Shown piece after piece: positions 42,858 to 51,690 of a stretch of DNA of 64,000 nt (its first letter is position 1; each line of letters opens with the position of its first letter). A program made the position numbers and the translations under genes. The notes under the pieces were generated by a model that worked only from the letters and a program-made list of their open reading frames with translations, made no database searches and was not told the DNA's origin. Source of the DNA: Actinomycetota bacterium (GTDB lineage: Bacteria > Actinomycetota > Actinomycetes > Mycobacteriales > JACQDL01); the NCBI GenBank assembly GCA_016201065.1, contig JACQDL010000027.1:68641-132640 (forward strand), read 5' to 3'.

Positions 42858-42965
42858 GCTGGCTCCTCGGTCGGTGCGTTCGGCACACGGGGGATGGAAG
42901 AGATGGGTACCACGAAAATAGTAGGACGTCCTAGTAACCGCGCATAGTGGCGCCGCACCGGCCCG

Positions 42966-43490
42966 TCATCGGATGCGGACCGGCGCCTCCCGGAAGTCGC
43001 CTGCGGCGGCGCGGACCCGACGTAGCCCGCCGAAGATCTCGGCGCGGTCGGCTTCGGCGATGCCGGCCAGCCCGAACTCGATCGCCACCAGCGCCGCCGT
43101 TGCGGCCTCCACCACCTCACGGCCACGGTCGGTGAGCTCGGCCAGCACGCCGCGCCCGTCACGGGGGTTGCGTCGGCGTACCACCAGGCCGGCCGCCACC
43201 AGCCGGTCCACGGTGTTGGTCGCGCTGGTCGGGTGGACCATGAGCCGGCTGCCGATCACCTTCATCGGCAGCGCCCCGCGCCGGGAGAAGCGGAGCAGCA
43301 CCAGCGCCTCGTACCGGGCGAAGGTCAGCCCGTACGGCCGCAGCGCCTCATCGCAGCGCGCGAGCAGGAGCTGCTGGACCCGCATCACCGAGGTCGCGAC
43401 CCGCATGGCTGAGGCCGGCCCCCAGGTCGACTCCCAGATCTCGCCGGCCCGGTCGATCGGGTCGAACGGGAGATCGAGCGGGGTGGCCAT
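42966..43490 (-). CDS. MarR family transcriptional regulator
   Basis: LTFARYEALVLLRFS...MKVIGSRLMVHPTSATNTVDRLVAAGLVVRR winged-helix pattern. Confidence 0.8.
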   Translation of the reverse strand: MATPLDLPFDPIDRAGEIWESTWGPASAMRVATSVMRVQQLLLARCDEALRPYGLTFARYEALVLLRFSRRGALPMKVIGSRLMVHPTSATNTVDRLVAAGLVVRRRNPRDGRGVLAELTDRGREVVEAATAALVAIEFGLAGIAEADRAEIFGGLRRVRAAAGDFREAPVRIR

Positions 43491-43570
43491 GCCGGGACGC
43501 TACCGCTGCGGTGGCATTCCGGCATGGCCCGCGCAGATGCGCCTCTGGCGATTGGATACAATGTCCGATC

Positions 43571-44773
43571 ATGTCCCGTGGAAGCCTGGACGACCTGGTG
43601 GTCGCCGACTTCACCCGGGTGCTCGCCGGACCGCTGGCCACGATGGTGCTCGGCGACCTCGGCGCCCGGGTGATCAAGGTCGAGCGGCCAGGGGTCGGCG
43701 ACGACACCCGCGCGTGGGGACCGCCACACACGGCCGACGGCGAGAGCACCTACTACCTGGCCGCCAACCGCAACAAGGAGTCGATCACCCTCGACCTGTC
43801 CAGCGCCGAAGGCCGGACGGTCGCGCGGCAGCTGGCCGACCGCGCCGACGTGCTGGTGGAGAACTTCCGCCCCGGCCAGATGGACCGGTTCGGCCTGTCC
43901 TACGAGGAGGTCGCCACCACCAACCCCGGCGTCGTGTACTGCTCGCTGACCGGCTTCGGCACCGGCGCGGGCGCCAGCCTCCCCGGCTACGACCCGGTGG
44001 TGCAGGCGGTCGGCGGGCTGATGAGCGTCACGGGTCCCCCGGGGTCACCGTCGAAGACCGGGGTCGCGCTCGTGGACGTGATCAGCGGGCTGTACGCGAC
44101 GATCGGCATCCTCGCCGCGCTGCGCGACCGGGACCGTACCGGCGCCGGGCAGCGGGTCGAGCTGACCCTGCTCGGCAGCGAGCTGGCCGCGCTGGCCAAC
44201 CTCGCCTCGGCGTACCTGCACACCGGCGCCAGCCCGACGGCGATGGGCAACGCCCACCCGAGCATCGTGCCCTACCAGGACTTCCGCACCGCCGACCGGC
44301 CGCTGTTCGTCGGCTGCGGCAACGACCGGCAGTGGCGTGCGCTGTGCCGGGTGCTGGACGCGGAAGGGACGGCCGGTGGGCTCGCCGCCGACCCTCGCTT
44401 CGGCCGCAACCCCGACCGGGTGGCCCACCGCGACGTGTTGGTTCCGCTGCTGGCGGCGGCGTTCACGCGGCGGAGCGCGGAGCACTGGGCCGACCGGCTG
44501 GCGGCGGCCGGCGTTCCGTGCGGACCGGTCAACGACATCGGCGCCGCCTTCGAGCTGGCCTCCCGGCTGGGGCTGGAACCGGTGGTCCGGATGGTCGAGG
44601 AGGACCGGGAGGTCCAGCAGGTCGCGAGCCCGCTGCGACTCTCCGGCACGCCGGTGCGCTACCACCGCGCGCCGCCGCGGCTGGGCGCCGACACCGTCGA
44701 GGTGCTGCGCTGGCTGGCCGGACCGGACAGCGGTCGGCACGCCCCGCCGCCGGGGAGCGGTCATGGCGGCTGA
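43571..44773 (+). CDS. CoA-transferase family III (CaiB/BaiF-like)
   Basis: ATG at 43571. LVVADFTRVLAGPLATMVLGDLGARVIKVERPGVGDDTR... and NRNKESITLDL. Confidence 0.85.
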   Translation: MSRGSLDDLVVADFTRVLAGPLATMVLGDLGARVIKVERPGVGDDTRAWGPPHTADGESTYYLAANRNKESITLDLSSAEGRTVARQLADRADVLVENFRPGQMDRFGLSYEEVATTNPGVVYCSLTGFGTGAGASLPGYDPVVQAVGGLMSVTGPPGSPSKTGVALVDVISGLYATIGILAALRDRDRTGAGQRVELTLLGSELAALANLASAYLHTGASPTAMGNAHPSIVPYQDFRTADRPLFVGCGNDRQWRALCRVLDAEGTAGGLAADPRFGRNPDRVAHRDVLVPLLAAAFTRRSAEHWADRLAAAGVPCGPVNDIGAAFELASRLGLEPVVRMVEEDREVQQVASPLRLSGTPVRYHRAPPRLGADTVEVLRWLAGPDSGRHAPPPGSGHGG

Positions 44774-45443
44774 CCGGCGGCCGTTCCGCCGGCCACCGAC
44801 CGCGCAGCAGGCGGTGCTCGCCGAGCTGCGGGCGATGATCAGCGCGGGCGAGCTCAAGCCCGGCGACCAGCTTCGACAGGAGCACCTCGCCGAACGGCTC
44901 GGGGTCAGCCGGCTGCCGGTCCGGGAGGCGCTGCGGGCGCTTGCCGCCGAGGGGCAGGCGTCGTACACCCCGCACCGCGGCTACTTCGTGGCCCAGCTCA
45001 GCGTCGCGGAGCTCACCGAGTGTTACCGGGTCCGCGAGCTGCTGGAGGAGGAGGCGGTCCGGCTGGCGGTGCCCCGGATGTCCGACGCCGACATCGCCGG
45101 GCTCGCGCAGGCGATCGACGAGATGGACCGTGCCGACGCCGCGGGCGACCTGGTCGCGGTGGCGGCAGCGAACCGCCGCTACCACTTCACTCTCTACCGG
45201 GGCGCCGGGATGGCCCGCCTGGTCGACCTCATCCGGATCATGTGGGACGCCACCGACGTCTACCGTTCCCGCTACTTCGCCGAGCCGGCACACCGCCGCG
45301 CACTCAACGACGAACATCGGGCGGTGCTCGCCGCCGTCCGCGACCGTGATCCCGACACCGCCGTGCGGCTGCTCGCCGAGCACCGCGCACACACCCTCGA
45401 CACCCTGACGACCCTGCTCGCCACCACGGAGGCCACCCCATGA
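44763..45443 (+). CDS. GntR family regulator with FCD domain
   Basis: ATG at 44763. LRQEHLAERLGVSRLPVREALRALAAEG HTH. The C-terminal FCD region includes DEHRAVLAAVRDRD. Confidence 0.85.
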   Translation: MAADRRPFRRPPTAQQAVLAELRAMISAGELKPGDQLRQEHLAERLGVSRLPVREALRALAAEGQASYTPHRGYFVAQLSVAELTECYRVRELLEEEAVRLAVPRMSDADIAGLAQAIDEMDRADAAGDLVAVAAANRRYHFTLYRGAGMARLVDLIRIMWDATDVYRSRYFAEPAHRRALNDEHRAVLAAVRDRDPDTAVRLLAEHRAHTLDTLTTLLATTEATP

Positions 45444-46594
45444 CCACCGACCTGCTGGCCCTCGACCCGGAGCTCACCGTGGAGGACCGGCTGATCCGGG
45501 ACACCGTACGGCGGTTCGCCGACGACCACCTCCGGCCGCACATCGCCGACTGGTTCGAGGCCGGCGTGCTGCCCCGGGATCTGGCCGGCGAGTTCGGCAA
45601 GCTCGGGCTGCTCGGGATGCACCTCACCGGGTACGGCTGCGCCGGGTCGACCGCCGTGCAGTACGGGCTGGTGTGCACTGAGCTGGAGGCGGTGGACTCC
45701 GGCATCCGCAGCCTGGTCTCGGTGCAGGGCTCGCTGGCCATGTACGCGATCTGGCGGTACGGCTCGGCCGAGCAGAAACAGCAGTGGCTGCCCAGGCTGG
45801 CCGGCGGCGACGCGATCGGCTGCTTCGGCCTCACCGAACCGGACTCCGGCTCCGACCCGGGCGGCATGCGCACCCACGCCCACCGGGACGGCCCGGACTG
45901 GGTGCTGGACGGCACCAAGATGTGGATCACCAATGGCGGCTGGGCCGACGTCGCGGTGGTGTGGGCCCGCACCGACGACGGCGTCCGCGGCTTCCTCGTC
46001 CCCCGGGACACCCCCGGCTTCACCACCCAGGAGGTGGGCCGCAAGCTGTCCCTGCGCGCCTCGGTCACCAGCGAGCTCACCTTCACCGGGTGCCGGCTGC
46101 CGGCCGATGCCCAGCTCCCCGGCGCCACGTCGCTCGGCGCCCCGCTGTCGTGCCTCACCGAGGCGCGCTTCGGCATCCTCTGGGGCGTGCTGGGGGCGGC
46201 TCGGGAGTGCTTCCAGACCGCGGTCGACTACGCCGGGACCAGGGTCCAGTTCGACCGGCCGATCAGCGCCTTCCAGCTCACCCAGGAGAAGCTGGTCGAC
46301 ATGGCCGTCGAGCTGAACAAGGGGCTGCTGCTCGCGCTGCACCTGGGCCGGCTCAAGGACGCCGGCGCGCTCACCCCGGCGCAGGTCAGCTTCGGCAAGC
46401 TGAACAACGTCCGGGAGGCGCTGACCATCGCCCGGCAGGCACGCACCATCCTCGGCGCGAACGGGATCACCCTGGACTACCCGGTGCTGCGGCACATGAA
46501 CAACCTGGAGTCGGTGCTGACCTACGAGGGCACCTCGGAGGTCCACACCCTCGTCCTGGGTGAGCAGATCACCGGGATACCCGCGTTCCGGTGA
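45440..46594 (+). CDS. gcdH: Acyl-CoA dehydrogenase, glutaryl-CoA dehydrogenase-like
   Basis: GCFGLTEPDSGSDPGGM, KMWITNG and the C-terminal TYEGTSEVHTLVLG. ATGA-type overlap with the GntR gene. Confidence 0.8.
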   Translation: MTTDLLALDPELTVEDRLIRDTVRRFADDHLRPHIADWFEAGVLPRDLAGEFGKLGLLGMHLTGYGCAGSTAVQYGLVCTELEAVDSGIRSLVSVQGSLAMYAIWRYGSAEQKQQWLPRLAGGDAIGCFGLTEPDSGSDPGGMRTHAHRDGPDWVLDGTKMWITNGGWADVAVVWARTDDGVRGFLVPRDTPGFTTQEVGRKLSLRASVTSELTFTGCRLPADAQLPGATSLGAPLSCLTEARFGILWGVLGAARECFQTAVDYAGTRVQFDRPISAFQLTQEKLVDMAVELNKGLLLALHLGRLKDAGALTPAQVSFGKLNNVREALTIARQARTILGANGITLDYPVLRHMNNLESVLTYEGTSEVHTLVLGEQITGIPAFR

Positions 46595-46621
46595 CCCCGC
46601 CGTTCCGGCAATGCGCGCGGG

Positions 46622-46918
46622 TCAGCCGGAGAGCCGGTGCTCGATCGCCTCGACCTTGCTGTGCAGGCCGTCGGTGACACCGTCCCGCCAGTCCACCTTG
46701 ATCACGACGCTGACCCGGGGAGCGTTCGCCTTCACCGCGTACACCGCGTCCCGGACCACCGCCATCACCTCGTCCCACTCCCCCTCGATGTTGGTGAACA
46801 TCGCGTTGGTCTCGCACGGCAGGCCGCTGGCCCGGACCACCCGGACCGCCTCGGCCACCGCATCCGCCATGCTCTCCGACCCGCTGCCGTCGGGAGCCAC
46901 ACTGAATGCCACGATCAT
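46622..46918 (-). CDS. MTH1187/YkoF-like thiamine-binding protein (DUF77)
   Basis: The 98-aa C-terminal part of ORF 46622..47671 ([52 protein letters not shown]...) is a typical DUF77 pattern. Confidence 0.7.
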   Translation of the reverse strand: MIVAFSVAPDGSGSESMADAVAEAVRVVRASGLPCETNAMFTNIEGEWDEVMAVVRDAVYAVKANAPRVSVVIKVDWRDGVTDGLHSKVEAIEHRLSG

Positions 46919-46960
46919 CACGGCACCTCCTGCTACCGCCCCATCCTCTACCCTGCTGCG

Positions 46961-47719
46961 GTGGACTGGAGCCTGCGTACCTGCGCCCGCAAGGGGCACA
47001 TCACCTACAAGCCGACCGAGACCGACCTCGCCGACCACCTGCGAGCCACCACACCGCACGGCGAGGCGTGGCGGTGCCTGCGCTGCGGCGGGTACGTGCT
47101 GGGCACCCCGCACGGCAGCGGTCCCGCCGACCGGGCCCCGCTGGTCCTGCGCGGCCGCGCGCTGCGGGACCTGCTCGTACTCCGGCTGCTGGCCGTCGAG
47201 CGGGCCGGCCGGGGCCTGCTGATCCTGCTGCTGGCGTACGGCGTCCTGCGGTTCCGCTCCTCGCAGGCGACCCTGCGGCAGCTCTTCGAGCAGGACCTGC
47301 CCGCCGCCCGGCCGCTCGCCGACAAGCTCAACATCAACCTCGACGAGAGCGGGGTGGTGCACACCATCCGGACCGCGCTGGGGCTCCAGTCCCGGACCCT
47401 GGTCGTCGTCGCACTGGCCCTGGCGGCGTACGCGCTGCTCGGAATCGTGGAGGGTGCCGGACTCTGGTACGCCAAGCGCTGGGCCGAATACCTCGCGGTC
47501 GTCGCCACCAGCGCCTTCCTGCCGCTGGAGGTCTACGAGCTCATCGAGAAGGTCACCGTGCTCCGGGTCTCCGCGCTGGTCTTCAACATCGCGGCCGTGG
47601 TCTACCTGCTCCTCAGCAAGCGGTTGTTCGGGTTGCGCGGCGGCCACGCGGCCTTCGAGGCGGCCAGGCACTCCGAGTCGCTGCTGGAGGTCAGGGCCGT
47701 CGCCCGCACCCGCGGCTGA
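46961..47719 (+). CDS. DUF2127-like membrane protein with N-terminal zinc-ribbon-like CxxC
   Basis: GTG at 46961. [10 protein letters not shown] followed by 4 hydrophobic segments ([28 protein letters not shown] is characteristic of DUF2127). Confidence 0.6.
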   Translation: MDWSLRTCARKGHITYKPTETDLADHLRATTPHGEAWRCLRCGGYVLGTPHGSGPADRAPLVLRGRALRDLLVLRLLAVERAGRGLLILLLAYGVLRFRSSQATLRQLFEQDLPAARPLADKLNINLDESGVVHTIRTALGLQSRTLVVVALALAAYALLGIVEGAGLWYAKRWAEYLAVVATSAFLPLEVYELIEKVTVLRVSALVFNIAAVVYLLLSKRLFGLRGGHAAFEAARHSESLLEVRAVARTRG

Positions 47720-47900
47720 CCGGCCGCCGCATCAGCGCGGCGCCGCAGCAGCCATACCGACAGCGCTCCACGTGTTCTCTACTCTTGCGCTTCATCACAC
47801 CTAGTGATCGAATGAATACGGTGCCGCTGCAGCGCGGGAAACGGCACGTCGATTCCCCGTACGGCGTCCGGGCGGCCCGCGCCGCAAGGAGGAGGCGCGC

Positions 47901-48629
47901 ATGGCGAGCCCATCCCGCCGGATCACCGACACGGGCGACTGCGGCTTGGCGACACGCGGATTCCTGGCCCACCTCGGTCCACATGCGCGGGAGACACTGC
48001 TTGGTGCCGGTCGGCCGCTCCGGTTTTCGGCCCATGAGACTCTTCTCCGCGAAGGCGAACAGTCGCAGCATGTACTACTGATCGTCAGCGGACGGGTCAA
48101 GATCGTTGCCACCGCACCGAACGGCTACGAAGCGGTGTTGGCAATCCGCGGGCCTGGCGATCTGATTGGCGAGCTGGCGTGCATCGACAACATGCCCCGA
48201 TCGGCAACAGTGGCGGCCTTGGGGCCGGTCCATACGCGGATCATGCCCCGCGTAATCTTCGACGACTTCCTCACCGACCACCCCGTGGCCGCCAAGGTGC
48301 TGGTCCGGATGGTGGCGTGGAAGCTGCGCTGCGCCAACCGCCGCCGCCTGGAGTTCAGCGCCTACCCGGTCCGGCTGCGGCTCGCGTTGGTGCTGCTCGA
48401 ACTTGAGGAATGGTACGGCCGAAGCGGCCACGCCGGCCGCGACCTTGACCTTGCGCTGTCCCAGACGGACCTTGCTGGCCTGGTGGGCGCGTCCATCGAC
48501 TCGGTCTCGAAGGCAATCCGTGCGTTGAGCCAGGCCAGGGTGATCGCCACCGGCCGGCGCCGCGTCACGATCCTGCGGCTCGACGAGCTTCGCGAGATCG
48601 CAGCGCCGATCGCGGCCAGGTGCCGCTGA
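47901..48629 (+). CDS. Crp/Fnr family regulator (cNMP-binding domain plus C-terminal HTH)
   Basis: AAGGAGGAGG RBS. Beta-roll region LLREGEQSQHVLLIVSGRVKI...RGPGDLIGELACIDNMPRSATVAAL. HTH LSQTDLAGLVGASIDSVSKAIRAL. Confidence 0.85.
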   Translation: MASPSRRITDTGDCGLATRGFLAHLGPHARETLLGAGRPLRFSAHETLLREGEQSQHVLLIVSGRVKIVATAPNGYEAVLAIRGPGDLIGELACIDNMPRSATVAALGPVHTRIMPRVIFDDFLTDHPVAAKVLVRMVAWKLRCANRRRLEFSAYPVRLRLALVLLELEEWYGRSGHAGRDLDLALSQTDLAGLVGASIDSVSKAIRALSQARVIATGRRRVTILRLDELREIAAPIAARCR

Positions 48630-48706
48630 ACCCGTACTTTTCCCTGTTCCTCCACGCGGGACACGCCGACGCTGAACCGACGACGCAACAACGACAACGA
48701 GGTGTC

Positions 48707-49474
48707 ATGAAACTGGATCCGGTTTACCGCTATCTCGTCGCTGTCGACATTGAGAGTTACGGCAAACGCGACAACCAAGGCCAATCCGAGCTACGAGCCG
48801 CCTTGCGTCAGGTCCTCGCCGATGCCTTTGACGCGATCGACGTCTCGGTCGATCCGGCCGAGCGCCAGGATCAAGGGGATGCCTTCCTCACGCTCGTGAA
48901 GCCGGAAGTGTCGAAGGTACGTCTCGTCGACGACCTTGTCCGCGAGATCGAAAACGGCCTACGCCGGTCCAACCACTACCGCACCGCTGAGGGAAAGATG
49001 CGCGTCAGGCTCGCGCTCAATGCCGGCGACGTGCACCTGGACGGCACCGGCTTCCCCGGTGAGGCAGTCGTGGCCACCGGGCGCCTCATCGACTCGGTCC
49101 AGCTCAAGGAGTCGTTGGCACGGGCACCCAAGGACCTCGCCGTGATCGTTTCCGATGGGCTGTACCACGACGTGGTCGTCCACCGCTACCAGGCGATCGA
49201 TCCAGCGGAATATCGGCGTGTGGATGTCGCGGTAAAGGAGTTCCGGCAACCGGCCTGGATCCGGATCCCAGGCCACCCGGCGGCGGAGATCGTTACCGAA
49301 GCTGCGTCCGCGACCGCGTCCCCAGCAGCCCAGCGGCCGGTCACCGAGCGGGACGCGGCGTCGCCGGCCGGCACGGCCTCCGCACTGCCCGGATCGATCA
49401 ACCACAGCACGTTCACCGGGCCGACCAGCTTCGGCGGACCGGCCGCCGGGCGCGACGTCAACTACCACCGGTAG
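48707..49474 (+). CDS. Class III nucleotidyl-cyclase-like protein with low-complexity C-terminal tail
   Basis: ATG at 48707. Motif order YLVAVDIESYG / QGDAFLTLV / RVRLALNAGDVHLDG / GEAVVATGRLIDS follows the cyclase catalytic core. The tail ends FGGPAAGRDVNYHR. Confidence 0.55.
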   Translation: MKLDPVYRYLVAVDIESYGKRDNQGQSELRAALRQVLADAFDAIDVSVDPAERQDQGDAFLTLVKPEVSKVRLVDDLVREIENGLRRSNHYRTAEGKMRVRLALNAGDVHLDGTGFPGEAVVATGRLIDSVQLKESLARAPKDLAVIVSDGLYHDVVVHRYQAIDPAEYRRVDVAVKEFRQPAWIRIPGHPAAEIVTEAASATASPAAQRPVTERDAASPAGTASALPGSINHSTFTGPTSFGGPAAGRDVNYHR

Positions 49475-49717
49475 GTCGCCACGATGACCCTGCCAACGAG
49501 CACACCCGACCACGCCCAACGCACCGACTAGTCCGGCAAGCACCCCGGCACTGGCGCCGACCCGGCGTCGGGCACACGAGCGGCGACCGAAGACGCGCCG
49601 AAGGACGGGGCCACCGCCGACGGCAGCGCCGACGACCCCGATGCCGACGACGGGCGGCCAGAGGAGGAACTGCCCCGGGAGGAATGGAGCGCGGTCCGGG
49701 CTATCCGCCGGGCCGGT

Positions 49718-51688
49718 TTGGACAGCTGGGCCCCGACCTACTCGTTCGGCGGGCCGACCAGTCTTGGTGGCCCGTCCGCCGGCAGGGACGTCAACATTTA
49801 CCCCGGGCTCCTGCGGGCCGCGCCAGTGGTAGGGCTGGTGCCGCCCGACGAGCTGGACGAGTTGCGCGAGGTCCACGTCCCCGGACCTGGCTACGACAAG
49901 GCGTGCGGCACACTTCGCGACCGGCATGTCCTGATCTTGTGCGGAGACGAGTTAAGCGGACGCCGGGCGACGGCTCTCCGCCTGCTCACCCACCTTGCCG
50001 GCAAGGCCGTCTATGGCCTGCGCCCTACCGATGGTCTGGACACGGTCTGCCGCGACCACCGCCCAGACCGCGGCTACCTCCTGGATTCGCGGCCAGGCGT
50101 CAGCGCTGCGACGCTCGACCAGGTCCAGCTGTCAGCGCTGGAGGACACACTGCGGCAGGTCGGTTCCTTCCTGGTGGTCACGATCCCGGCGCACGCCGCC
50201 CGCGACTTGCCGGACCTCGACCGCTACCTCGTCGAGCACGGCCACCCGAACCCGCACAAAGTGCTGGACCGCCACCTCAGGTGCGGCTCCAGCACCCACG
50301 CGAACCTACTCAAAGGATGGCTGGCGGACCCCAGGCTCGGCGAACGCGTCGACCGCATGGTCCGACCGCAGGATGCAGTCGCGCTGGCGCTGCAGCTCAT
50401 GAAGGAGGCCGAGGCTGGGACGAGCCTGGACGACGTCCTCAAAGGGCTCGGCAGCAGCGCCACCCGGAGTGAGGCGCAGGCCTTGCTGTCCACCACGACC
50501 TACGGCGAACACGACCTGACCCGACTCCAGCAGCTGTACTGGCGTGCCTTCGTTGTCGCCCTTGCGGTCTTCAACGACACGCCGTACCTGCCTGTCGTGG
50601 CAGCGGCCCAAGACCTCGCCGAACACCTCGGCCGGACCGAGTACCCCCGCTGGGGGCCACCTGGCAAGGCGGCGATCTTCTCGTTGAAACGCGACGACTG
50701 GTTGACCGCACTCGGCGGAGAGCTCGTGTCGCGGGACCGGGAGGGCGCTTCGGACGAGCAGCGGGTGGAGCACGTGCGCATGCGCAACCGCGATCTCCCC
50801 GCCGCTCTGCTAGACGAGCTATGGACGGCGTACGACGGCGCCCGGACGCCGTTGCTGAACTGGTTGAAAGGTCTGATCCAACCGACGCAGCCGCCCGAAA
50901 TACAGGTCCGAGCTGCGCAGTCCGTGGGCTGGCTCGCGGTACACGACTTCGACTCCATCTGCCGGAGGATCATCAGGCAATGGGCGGGGTCACGCCTGCC
51001 GAGCCAACATATGGCCGCCGCGTGGGCGCTGGAGTTCGCGGCGACCTCCGGCGGGTTGGCACCACGGGTGCGAGTCCTCCTGGCCGAGTGGTGCCGTAGC
51101 GCCAACCTGGCGCACCAGGCGACCGCCGTGCTCGCCTACGGCACCACCATCGGGGTGAGGGATCCAGCGGAGGCTCTCCGCAACCTGCGCTCCCCGGCAC
51201 GGTCCGGCAACGCAACCATGACCGCCGTCGTGTCGCGCAGCGTGATCGACCTATTCACCGGCGGCGCAGAGCACGAGGTACTGAATGCACTCCAAGAATG
51301 GGACGCCGACAACGATGACCGGATACGCGTCGCTGCGGCGGGAGCGCTGGTTGAGCTCGCGTACGAGGCGGACGAAACGGGCACTCCAGCGTTGCTGAAG
51401 CTCTTCGCTGGCGCCGACCCGGCGGCCAAGTCGCTTACCGAATTGTGGCGAGCGGCGCTTCAGAACCAGCTGGTGAGAGCGGATGCCTGGGAGGCCCTCC
51501 GCAAGTGGTTCGTGTGGGCTGACAAGGATCCAACGCTCCAGGTCCCGCTGGCGCACCTGCTCACCGCCATCGAGAGAGTCGACCCCACCCTGCGGACGCG
51601 CGTTGCCTGGTACTTGCGCTTCTGGCAGCACCACCCAAAGGAGCCGTCAGCGACGGCCGAGAAGATCCGCTCCGCATGGGAGGAGTAG
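49718..51688 (+). CDS. Large NTPase-like (degenerate Walker A) plus helical-repeat protein; true start unresolved
   Basis: HVLILCGDELSGRRATALRLL sits where a P-loop would be. GYLLDS is Walker-B-like. The C-terminal ~350 aa is HEAT/ARM-like helical. TTG 49718 is the first canonical start, but coding-like sequence continues upstream in frame. Confidence 0.5.
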   Translation: MDSWAPTYSFGGPTSLGGPSAGRDVNIYPGLLRAAPVVGLVPPDELDELREVHVPGPGYDKACGTLRDRHVLILCGDELSGRRATALRLLTHLAGKAVYGLRPTDGLDTVCRDHRPDRGYLLDSRPGVSAATLDQVQLSALEDTLRQVGSFLVVTIPAHAARDLPDLDRYLVEHGHPNPHKVLDRHLRCGSSTHANLLKGWLADPRLGERVDRMVRPQDAVALALQLMKEAEAGTSLDDVLKGLGSSATRSEAQALLSTTTYGEHDLTRLQQLYWRAFVVALAVFNDTPYLPVVAAAQDLAEHLGRTEYPRWGPPGKAAIFSLKRDDWLTALGGELVSRDREGASDEQRVEHVRMRNRDLPAALLDELWTAYDGARTPLLNWLKGLIQPTQPPEIQVRAAQSVGWLAVHDFDSICRRIIRQWAGSRLPSQHMAAAWALEFAATSGGLAPRVRVLLAEWCRSANLAHQATAVLAYGTTIGVRDPAEALRNLRSPARSGNATMTAVVSRSVIDLFTGGAEHEVLNALQEWDADNDDRIRVAAAGALVELAYEADETGTPALLKLFAGADPAAKSLTELWRAALQNQLVRADAWEALRKWFVWADKDPTLQVPLAHLLTAIERVDPTLRTRVAWYLRFWQHHPKEPSATAEKIRSAWEE

Positions 51689-51690
51689 GC

